Shown one piece after another: positions 42,594 through 50,707 of a DNA stretch of 58,668 nt. The notes below the pieces were generated by a model that did no database searches, was not told the origin of the DNA, and saw nothing but the letters and a program-made list of their open reading frames with translations. The first letter of the stretch is position 1, and the number at the start of each line of letters is the position of its first letter. Both the position numbers and the translations under genes were made by a program. Source of the DNA: an uncultured Candidatus Saccharibacteria bacterium (GTDB lineage: Bacteria; Patescibacteriota; Minisyncoccia; Minisyncoccales; JAGGXC01); assembly GCA_964607015.1 (NCBI GenBank), contig CAZSHN010000001.1, forward strand, positions 1 through 58,668, given 5' to 3'.

Positions 42594-44117
42594 TTATCTG
42601 CTCTTGAGAAAGAGAATGGATCCTTTATTAATCTTTATCTTCTTCCTTTCAAAAGAACTTTTTTGAAAAACTTTTTTCTTTTCTTCTTCCGGATTAATTC
42701 CAACTTGCTTTAAAATTTCTTCAGAAGATTCAGGCATAAAAGGAGAAATAAGCCAAGATGAAAATCTAATCAATCTTAACCAGCAATAAAATTTATCTTT
42801 AAACTCTGGCCTATCAAAATCTTCTTTTGATTTCTCCCAAGGCTTAAATTGTTCAATATCTTCATCCATTCTTCTGAACAAATCAACAATACAGCGAAGA
42901 GAACGTTCGAAGTGAAGCTCTTCCATGTTTTTATTCCAGCGAGGATAACATTCTCTCCAAAACCAATCTTCTAATTCAAATGATCCTTTACTTCCCGAGA
43001 TTGACCCATCAAAATATTTCTCTACCATTGTTAGAACTCTATTTACAGTGTTCCCTATTCCATTAGCAAGATCAGCATTATATCTCTCTGTTAGTTTATC
43101 CCAAGAAATGTCTCCATCTTTTCCAAATGGTGCGGCAGACATAAGAAGGTAACGAGCAGCATCAGAACCAAGTTTTTCAATTATTTCTTCGGGCCAAATT
43201 ACATTACCAAGAGACTTGCTCATCTTTTGACTATTTATTGTAAAATACCCATGAACAAAAATCTTTTTTGGCAAAGAAATACCTAACGCCAATAATAAAG
43301 AGGGCCAAATTGTAGCATGCACTCTAAGAATATCCTTTGACATTAGTTGCAAGTCAGCTGGCCAAAATTTATTCTTAAATTTTCCTGCTTTCCCTTTCCA
43401 TCCAATCCCAGTTAAATAATTCAAAAAAGCGTCTACCCAAACATAAGCGGTAAATTTCTTATCAAAGGGCAATGGTATCCCCCACTTCACATTCTTCCGG
43501 GAAATAGAAATATCTTGCAGTCCTTGATCAATAAAAGATAAAACTTCGTTCTTTTTTTGTTCTGGTTTTATTATAAGCTCATCTTTTTCAATCTTTTCCC
43601 GAAGCTCGTCTTCGAAACTACTTAATCTAAAAAGATAACTTTCTTCTTCTATAATCTCTGGCTTTGTTTGGTGGTCAGGACATTTCCCATCAACCAAATC
43701 ACTCTCTGTTTTGTATTGTTCGCAACCAGAACAATAAAGCCCTTTATAAGTTCCTTTGTAAATAAAACCCTTGTCATATAAATTTTGCAAAGCTTCTTGA
43801 ATCGCCTCTATATGATCTTTGTCAGTAGTTCTAATAAAACGATCGTAGGAAATATTAAGATCTTCCCATGTTTCTTTAAAAAGACTAGAAACCTCATCGC
43901 ACAATTCTTGAGGTTTTTTCTTTTGCTTCTTTGCTGCCCTTTCTATTTTTATTCCATGCTCGTCTGTTCCAGTCAAAAAAAAGGAATCTCTTCCTTTGAA
44001 TCTATTGTAATAACGAGCTAAAACGTCAGCAGCAACGGTCGTGTAAGCATTACCTATGTGAGGCTGACCATTAGCATAATATATTGGAGTTGTTACGTAA
44101 AAATTATCATTCTTCAT
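42594..44117 (-). CDS. metG: Methionyl-tRNA synthetase (short form, no C-terminal EMAPII/Trbp111 domain)
   Basis: 507 aa. It has YYANGQPHIGNAYT (HIGH-type), KMSKSLGNVI (KMSKS) and a CSGC...CPDH knuckle. Confidence 0.9.
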   Translation of the reverse strand: MKNDNFYVTTPIYYANGQPHIGNAYTTVAADVLARYYNRFKGRDSFFLTGTDEHGIKIERAAKKQKKKPQELCDEVSSLFKETWEDLNISYDRFIRTTDKDHIEAIQEALQNLYDKGFIYKGTYKGLYCSGCEQYKTESDLVDGKCPDHQTKPEIIEEESYLFRLSSFEDELREKIEKDELIIKPEQKKNEVLSFIDQGLQDISISRKNVKWGIPLPFDKKFTAYVWVDAFLNYLTGIGWKGKAGKFKNKFWPADLQLMSKDILRVHATIWPSLLLALGISLPKKIFVHGYFTINSQKMSKSLGNVIWPEEIIEKLGSDAARYLLMSAAPFGKDGDISWDKLTERYNADLANGIGNTVNRVLTMVEKYFDGSISGSKGSFELEDWFWRECYPRWNKNMEELHFERSLRCIVDLFRRMDEDIEQFKPWEKSKEDFDRPEFKDKFYCWLRLIRFSSWLISPFMPESSEEILKQVGINPEEEKKKVFQKSSFERKKIKINKGSILFLKSR

Positions 44118-44126
44118 AATCCATTG

Positions 44127-45200
44127 TTATGAATCCCTTCTGTGCGTCCCAGAAAGAATCTCTTCTTTTCTCTCAGAAAAGAAATCTTTTAAAAATTCAA
44201 ATAAAATAGCAACCAAAGGAACCAAAAGAATAGCACCTAAAATACCCCAAAGCTTTCCTCCGATAAACAAGGCAATTAAAACAACTGCCGGAGAAATCTT
44301 AACAGTCTTGCTAGTTATTATTGGTAAAAAGATATTTTCCTGAAGCACTTGAATTAATCCTAGGGCAATCAAGACAAATCCTGCTTGTAAAAAACTATCC
44401 ATAGAAATAGTAAGGACAATAAAGGCTGATGCTACGATCGGACCAAGAATGGGAACAAAATCAAACATTCCCATTATCATGGCAAAGGAAACAGGATAAT
44501 CTATTCCCAAAATTTTGAAAGCAATATAGGAGCTAACACCAACAAAAACAACACCGATTATTCTAACTAAAAACCAACCAGTTACTTTCTTCTTGGACCT
44601 ATTCCAAAGATCAAGTAAGTAATTCTCATATTTTTTAGGAAAGAAAAGGGCTAAACCTTTTTCCATCAACCCTTTTTCAAAAGATAAAAAGATAGCCAAG
44701 CTAAAAGTAAAGAAAGTAGCTAAAATACCTCCAAAAAGAGCAAGAAGGGTTGAAAGCAGGTTGTCTTCCATCTTGCCAAATAGCTCCTGGAATTCTAATA
44801 AAAACTGACTAAAGCTATCAGGAGTTTCCACCCCTAAACTACTAAAAACAGGGGCTGCTTTTTCTAAATAATCAGGAATCTGCTCAGACAAAGTCACAGT
44901 AAACTTCTGCATTTCCGAAAAAAAGAAAGGTAACAATAAGTAAAGAGAATAACCAATAAGACCAAAAACAAGAAAATAAACAGAAACCACAGCTAAAACC
45001 CTAGGAACTTTCCTTTTAACCAAAAACCTAACAATAGGCTCAAATAGTATAGAAATAATTAAAGCAAAAATGAACCAGATTATAAATTCCCTGATTAAGA
45101 ATATAAAGTAGATGGAGAAAACAGCTACTAAAATTTTAAAGATTGTTCCCCAAGAAATATCTAAGAAATATTTTTGAGGAGAATCTATTTTTTCATCCAT
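44127..45200 (-). CDS. AI-2E / PerM-family membrane transporter
   Basis: 357 aa, about 8 TM. The family-typical C-terminal block is FDFVPILGPIVAS...LWGILGAILLVPLVAIL. Confidence 0.8.
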   Translation of the reverse strand: MDEKIDSPQKYFLDISWGTIFKILVAVFSIYFIFLIREFIIWFIFALIISILFEPIVRFLVKRKVPRVLAVVSVYFLVFGLIGYSLYLLLPFFFSEMQKFTVTLSEQIPDYLEKAAPVFSSLGVETPDSFSQFLLEFQELFGKMEDNLLSTLLALFGGILATFFTFSLAIFLSFEKGLMEKGLALFFPKKYENYLLDLWNRSKKKVTGWFLVRIIGVVFVGVSSYIAFKILGIDYPVSFAMIMGMFDFVPILGPIVASAFIVLTISMDSFLQAGFVLIALGLIQVLQENIFLPIITSKTVKISPAVVLIALFIGGKLWGILGAILLVPLVAILFEFLKDFFSERKEEILSGTHRRDS

Positions 45201-45209
45201 GTTATTAAT

Positions 45210-46475
45210 TTAAATATTTAATATTTTTTCAAAATTTTCTGCTTTTTTAAATGGACCAATTAAAGCAAGATTAAGATTCTCTGGTACAAATATCTCCTCC
45301 GCTACTTTTTTAAGATCTTCGACAGTTATCTCTTCCAATTGCTTAAACTTTTCTTCCGGAGTTAGAATTTTCCCCTTCAATACTTCTTGTGATGCATAGA
45401 AAGAAGCTAGGGTGTCAGAAGATTCAAGAGAAAGAGTTAGCGTTCCTCTAAGATAATCCTTTGCCTTGCGAAGCTCTTCTTCTCCAATCTTCTTATCTCT
45501 TATCTTCCTATACTCTTCAAGAATAACCTTAACAGCTTCTTCTGCTTTTTTATGATCTACCCCTACTCTTGTAACTAAGTAGCCTGTATCAGTGGCGCTA
45601 TCTGAAGCAGATTTAATATAATAGGCTAATCCTCTCTCCTCTCTTACCGACATAAAAAGACGAGAGCTCATAAAACCACCTAATATTGTCGCTAAGACAG
45701 ATTGAGATAATCTCCTTTTGTTAAACAAATCAAACCCTCTTACTCCAAGACAAAGATGCGTTTGATCAGTTTTTTTATGATGCAATAAAAGATTTGGTTT
45801 CTTTTGTTTTTCTTCAACTGGTAATTTAGGCTTAATCTTCTCACTATTTATCTTTGAGAAATAGTCTTTAACTTTTTCAATAGCATCTTTTTCATCTATA
45901 TTCCCTGCTACACAGACAATAGTATTTTTAGAAGAGTAATGATTGTTTACATAGTTTACAAAATTATCTCGCTTGAACTCTAAAATATTTTTCTTAGTCC
46001 CTATCGTTAGCCATCCTGCTGGCTGATCTCCATAAAGTAGTTTTTCCCAGAGATCTAGGATGTAAGACATTGGAGTGTCAAGATACATATTAATTTCCTC
46101 AATAATAACTCCTCTTTCTTTTTCTATCTCCTTGCTAGGAAATTTAGAATTAAGAAAAATATCTGAGACCCAATCTAGGGCTAATTCAAAATGTCTTGAG
46201 TCAGCTTTTGCCCAATAGCCAGTCAGCTCTTTTGAAGTAAAGGCATTAAAAATTCCTCCTACTTTATCAAGAGTTTCAACAACACTTAAAGGAGTAGGTC
46301 TTTTATCTGTTCCTTTAAAGAACATATGCTCTAAGAAATGAGAAATTCCATTCTCTTCTCTTGTCTCGTATTTAGAGCCTGCTCCCACCAACGCTAAAAC
46401 ACTAACTGCTTTAGTGTTCTTTGCTGGAACAGTAATAATCCTCAATCCATTTTCTAAAGTCGTTTTTTTATACAT
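45210..46475 (-). CDS. M16-family (pitrilysin-like) zinc peptidase
   Basis: 421 aa with the inverted zinc motif HFLEHMFFKGT. Confidence 0.9.
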   Translation of the reverse strand: MYKKTTLENGLRIITVPAKNTKAVSVLALVGAGSKYETREENGISHFLEHMFFKGTDKRPTPLSVVETLDKVGGIFNAFTSKELTGYWAKADSRHFELALDWVSDIFLNSKFPSKEIEKERGVIIEEINMYLDTPMSYILDLWEKLLYGDQPAGWLTIGTKKNILEFKRDNFVNYVNNHYSSKNTIVCVAGNIDEKDAIEKVKDYFSKINSEKIKPKLPVEEKQKKPNLLLHHKKTDQTHLCLGVRGFDLFNKRRLSQSVLATILGGFMSSRLFMSVREERGLAYYIKSASDSATDTGYLVTRVGVDHKKAEEAVKVILEEYRKIRDKKIGEEELRKAKDYLRGTLTLSLESSDTLASFYASQEVLKGKILTPEEKFKQLEEITVEDLKKVAEEIFVPENLNLALIGPFKKAENFEKILNI

Positions 46476-46860
46476 CTTTGAAATAATCTTTTAAAACACT
46501 TTTGTGATAAAAAGCAAAGCTAAGATCCTCTATTTGCTCCTTCGAAAACCACCCTACTTCTTTCACTTCTTTATCTTCTTTTTTAATTTCACCTTTTGCC
46601 TCTCCGGTAAAGACTAAAGAAACTGCGTGCAATCCCTTCTCTTTTATAATCTCATCGTAATAATTAAAGAATCTTGGTTCGAAATCTAACCCTGTCTCTT
46701 CTTTAATCTCTCTCTTTACTGCATCTTCTACTCTTTCGTTCTCTTCAATGTGTCCACCAGGAAAACACCAATAATCTTTGAAAGGTTCTATATTTCTTTT
46801 TGTAAGCAGAACCTTGTCTCCTTTTTTAATAATTGCTCCACAAGTTACTTTCGGCTTCAT
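46468..46860 (-). CDS. NUDIX hydrolase
   Basis: 130 aa. The Nudix box is GGHIEENERVEDAVKREIKEETGL. It overlaps the M16 start by 8 nt. Confidence 0.9.
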   Translation of the reverse strand: MKPKVTCGAIIKKGDKVLLTKRNIEPFKDYWCFPGGHIEENERVEDAVKREIKEETGLDFEPRFFNYYDEIIKEKGLHAVSLVFTGEAKGEIKKEDKEVKEVGWFSKEQIEDLSFAFYHKSVLKDYFKDV

Positions 46861-46864
46861 AAAA

Positions 46865-48193
46865 CTATTCTTCTAATATCTTTTCAAAATATTCTACTAA
46901 TTCTTCTATTTTAATTCTCTCCTGCTTCATAGTATCTCTATCTCTTACTGTCACATTGTTTTTCTCAAGAGTTTCAAAATCAACAGTAACTGCAAACAAA
47001 GTACCAATTTCATCTTGCCTTCTATATCTTCTTCCAATAGAACCAACCTCGTCGTAATAGCATTTGAAATGAGGGTTTAATAGGTCAAACACTTCTTTCG
47101 CTTTCTTTGTTAATTCTTCTTTATTTTTAACTAAAGGCAAAACAGCAACTTTGATCGGAGCTAATTCTTTATTAAATTTCAATACTCTTTCAACCTTCTT
47201 GGTAGCCTTAGTTGTTTTTGTTCTACCTCCTTCTATCTCTGTATATCCTTCTACCAAGAAAGCAAGAAGCGATCTCCCTAACCCTCCTGATGTTTCAATT
47301 ATATGTGGGAAGTATTCTTCTTTTGTTTCTTGGTCAAAATATTTCAAATTCTTACCAGAGTGTTTCGCATGGTTAGATAAATCCCAGTCTCCCCTATTAT
47401 GTACTGCTTCTAACTCTCCCCACCCAAAAGGATACTTATACTCAATATCTGCTCCTTGTCTTGCATAATGAGGCAAATCATCTTCAGGAATTTCTTTAAC
47501 TCTAAGATTCTCTTTTTTAAGTCCCATTTTTTGATACCATTCAATCCTTTGATTCTTCCAATATTCAAAATAATTTTCTGCTTCGTCTGGATGACAGAAC
47601 CACTCCATTTCCATCTGTTCAAACTCCCTACTTCTATAAATAAAGTTCTTAGGATTAATTTCATTTCTAAAGGCTTTTCCTGATTGAGCAATACCAAAAG
47701 GAACCTTCATTCTCATAGAATTCAATACATTCTGAAAATTAACATATATTCCTTGAGTGGTTTCTGCTCTTAAATAAGCAGCTGAACTCTCTTCCTCTAA
47801 CGCTCCAACAAAAGTCTTCATCATTAGATTGAATTTACGAGGTTCAGTAATTTCTCCTCCACATTCCGGACATTTATCTTTTGTAATTTCTTCTTTTTTA
47901 AATCTTTTGTGACAATTCTTGCATTCAACTAATAAATCAGCAAAACCTGCACTTAAATGTCCTGATGCTTTCCATATTTTAGGAGACATTAAAATAGCTG
48001 AATCTAATCTAACTATATCTTTATGATTAGTAAGCATCTCTTTCCACCAAGCATTCTCAATATTCTTTTTAAGTTCAGCTCCTAAAGGACCGTAATCATA
48101 ACCTGAACCAAACCCTCCATAAATTTCAGAAGAGGGAAAGATAAACCCTCGATGTTTGCAAAGTGAGATAATTTTTTCCATTACTTCTTCCAT
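46865..48193 (-). CDS. glyQS: Glycyl-tRNA synthetase (homodimeric alpha2 type)
   Basis: 442 aa. Blocks seen are LCKHRGFIFPSSEIYGG, FRNEINPKNFIYRSREFEQMEME, ETSGGLGRSLLAFL and a C-terminal anticodon-binding domain. Confidence 0.9.
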   Translation of the reverse strand: MEEVMEKIISLCKHRGFIFPSSEIYGGFGSGYDYGPLGAELKKNIENAWWKEMLTNHKDIVRLDSAILMSPKIWKASGHLSAGFADLLVECKNCHKRFKKEEITKDKCPECGGEITEPRKFNLMMKTFVGALEEESSAAYLRAETTQGIYVNFQNVLNSMRMKVPFGIAQSGKAFRNEINPKNFIYRSREFEQMEMEWFCHPDEAENYFEYWKNQRIEWYQKMGLKKENLRVKEIPEDDLPHYARQGADIEYKYPFGWGELEAVHNRGDWDLSNHAKHSGKNLKYFDQETKEEYFPHIIETSGGLGRSLLAFLVEGYTEIEGGRTKTTKATKKVERVLKFNKELAPIKVAVLPLVKNKEELTKKAKEVFDLLNPHFKCYYDEVGSIGRRYRRQDEIGTLFAVTVDFETLEKNNVTVRDRDTMKQERIKIEELVEYFEKILEE

Positions 48194-48229
48194 TGTTACT
48201 ATTTTAACTTTTTTTTAGAAATAAAAAAA

Positions 48230-48250
48230 CCTTTGTAATCTATACAAAGG
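48230..48250 (-). terminator. Intrinsic terminator after the 48276..49958 surface-protein gene
   Basis: On the minus strand: CCTTTGTA-TAGAT-TACAAAGG followed by TTTTTTTATTT. Confidence 0.7.
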
Positions 48251-48275
48251 CTTTTGAAAAATAAAGTCAAGTTTA

Positions 48276-49958
48276 TTATTTAACTATTCCCATCTCTTCA
48301 GAAATAGTATCATCGTCAGGCAAAGTAGTGTCAGTAGAAGAAGCAGTATCGCTTAAAATCTGTTCCGTCCATTGATCTTCTCCTGATACTTCGGATTCAT
48401 TAATCAATACAGCTGGCTCCCCTCTTTGAGAGGATGTAGGCAATAATCTTATTTGGAAAGAAATAGTTGGCGCTGAATTAATAACTCCTTCTCCAGGATC
48501 TAAATCACCGACATCCCAGATAATTTCTCTTGAATCGGTATCAAAAACAAAATCTTCTTCCTCTTCTTCTGGATATATCTTTCCTGTTAATTCAACTTCA
48601 TCAGGTAAAATAGTCCTCACCTTAACATCTTCCACTTTATTATAATGATTATTAACCTGCCAAGTAACAGTATAAGTAGTTCTTCTTCCTACTTCTGGAG
48701 GAATTGGTCCTGAATTACCAAAAACCTCATCTTCGTAATAAGCTTTTTGAATAAGCTCTAGCCTTGAATTAACTTTTGTTTCAAATTCTTCTCTTGCTTC
48801 CGAAAGAATAATCTTATCTTTAACTAGCGGGTTCTTGTCTCTGTCGACATTGGATATCTCCCAATCATCTTTCAGCTCTATCCAGAAATCAATCTCCCCT
48901 TCTTCCTGACTGTCCAAGAAAGCAAGCTGAGGATTATCTCTCCAATCAAAAATAATGGAATTATCTCCAAGCTTAAAGTCTCCTCCTGGAGCTTTTATGC
49001 TTTCTAAATCAATAATCGACCCTTCTAGTTGAACTACCATAAACAAATTGCTCAAGGGTTCTTCTCCTAGATTTTTAAATATTACATCATAATGAAGCAA
49101 GTCTCCTGGATCAGCAGTATATTCAGGACTACCATTAATTTGCTGAGTGATATAAATGTCTGGCTTTACAATTTCTATTCCTTTGTTAATTTCTTTCAAT
49201 GAAACAAATTCTCCGTCTTTCCAACTTCCTAGCTCAGCCTTAAAAATCTTCTCTTCTCCTAGTGAGCCCTGAAGACTTCCCGTTACTTCAATTCTTCCCC
49301 CTTCTGCTCTGTTTAAAAGACCGATTTCCCACTCTTTCTCTCCTAAAGGATTGGGGTCTGATTTTTCAAAATCAAAACCAGAAGGATAATCCATTTTTAC
49401 TCTTAAACTAGAAAGAGGAAAATCTACATTAGAAAAATAATTCAATCTAACCTTTAGATTCTCTCCTGGTTCCACTTTTGAAGGCAAGTCAAACTGAAAA
49501 CTAATAGGAACTTTTTTAATTATTGTAGTAAAAGTAGTCTTAGAATCATACCAGGCATTCAGATTCTTAGGCTGGTAATTCATAGTAGCTTTCGCTATTC
49601 GAGGCTCTTCTTCTTTTCCCAACAACCTACATTTAAAAGAAATGGTTTTTTCTTCTCCAGGATAGATTGCTTCTCCTAGCTCTTCTTTTCCTATTTCTTG
49701 CCTAATCGATTCTCCTGATTCAAGAATTGAGTAATCAGGATACTCAAAAATTAACTTCGGGTTTTCCAATCGAACATCGCCATTGTTTTTATACTTAACA
49801 ATATACTCTACTTCTTCTCCTAAGCTAGCTTCTGTCGGACCCAATATCTCTAACTTTAGAACTTCCTTAGAATAAGTATTGTTCTGATAATACCAAAGCC
49901 CTGCTAACCCAAGGGTAACAGTTAAAAACGTTAAAAGAATGATAAATTTTTTCTTCAT
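48276..49958 (-). CDS. Membrane-anchored surface protein with about four DUF11/CARDB-like beta-sandwich repeats
   Basis: 560 aa with an N-terminal TM. A recurring motif G(E/D)x3-Yx-V-x3-N-x-G appears as LGEEVEYIVKYKNNGDVRLENP, PGENLKVRLNYFSNVDFPL, PGDLLHYDVIFKNLGEEPLSN and VGRRTTYTVTWQVNNHYNKVEDV. Confidence 0.5.
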   Translation of the reverse strand: MKKKFIILLTFLTVTLGLAGLWYYQNNTYSKEVLKLEILGPTEASLGEEVEYIVKYKNNGDVRLENPKLIFEYPDYSILESGESIRQEIGKEELGEAIYPGEEKTISFKCRLLGKEEEPRIAKATMNYQPKNLNAWYDSKTTFTTIIKKVPISFQFDLPSKVEPGENLKVRLNYFSNVDFPLSSLRVKMDYPSGFDFEKSDPNPLGEKEWEIGLLNRAEGGRIEVTGSLQGSLGEEKIFKAELGSWKDGEFVSLKEINKGIEIVKPDIYITQQINGSPEYTADPGDLLHYDVIFKNLGEEPLSNLFMVVQLEGSIIDLESIKAPGGDFKLGDNSIIFDWRDNPQLAFLDSQEEGEIDFWIELKDDWEISNVDRDKNPLVKDKIILSEAREEFETKVNSRLELIQKAYYEDEVFGNSGPIPPEVGRRTTYTVTWQVNNHYNKVEDVKVRTILPDEVELTGKIYPEEEEEDFVFDTDSREIIWDVGDLDPGEGVINSAPTISFQIRLLPTSSQRGEPAVLINESEVSGEDQWTEQILSDTASSTDTTLPDDDTISEEMGIVK

Positions 49959-49979
49959 AATATACTTATTGTATCAAAT

Positions 49980-50705
49980 TTATGAGGGATTTAAAATATC
50001 TTTGAAATAAGAAAGATAAACATTAGAAATATCTTCTAGTTTTCTTTCGTAACTTTGGTCAATGTTTATTTTTTTTAAACCTTCCCAATCCTCTCTAATT
50101 AAAAACCTTAACAACTTTATTGTTTCAGGGTCAATCTTTCTCCCAGATTTCAATTCTCTAAAACAATTGTTGCAAATTACTCCACCCTGATCTGGATTGA
50201 AGTAAAGGTTTTCTGGAACTAATTTTCTTTGACAAAAAGAACAATTATTTAATTCTGGTTGATACCCTAAAATAGTTATAAGGTTCCAAAAGAAATAATA
50301 ATAAACAAGAGAATCAGAAACAAAAGAATTATTAAGTTTTTCAAATACTCCTAAAACTAGATCCCATATTTCTTCTTCTTTTTCTTCTCCTCTCACTAAA
50401 GAATCGACATCTTCTCCAATCTCTGTCGCTATCCTTAATTTTTCTAAACTATCATTGATATTACTAAACTTATTTTTTGAAACAGCATCAGTCAGAATCT
50501 TATATCTCTTTCCTTGAATAAAGCCAATTTCTGACAAAGAAAAAAGAGAAACTCCTGATTTAAGCTTAGATTTTATTTTCCTGATAGATTTTGCTAATAC
50601 TTTTATCTTCCCAAAATCCTTGGTAAGGATAGTAAGAAATTGATCAGCTTCTCCTCTATCTTCTTTTTTAAGCACAATTCCAGGAGTCCGGTAATGAACA
50701 AACAT
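49980..50705 (-). CDS. recO: DNA repair protein RecO
   Basis: 241 aa. The OB-fold N-terminus is GIVLKKEDRGEADQFLTILTKDFGKIKVLAKSIRK. The Zn motif is CSFCQRK...VICNNC. Confidence 0.9.
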   Translation of the reverse strand: MFVHYRTPGIVLKKEDRGEADQFLTILTKDFGKIKVLAKSIRKIKSKLKSGVSLFSLSEIGFIQGKRYKILTDAVSKNKFSNINDSLEKLRIATEIGEDVDSLVRGEEKEEEIWDLVLGVFEKLNNSFVSDSLVYYYFFWNLITILGYQPELNNCSFCQRKLVPENLYFNPDQGGVICNNCFRELKSGRKIDPETIKLLRFLIREDWEGLKKINIDQSYERKLEDISNVYLSYFKDILNPS

Positions 50706-50707
50706 AA

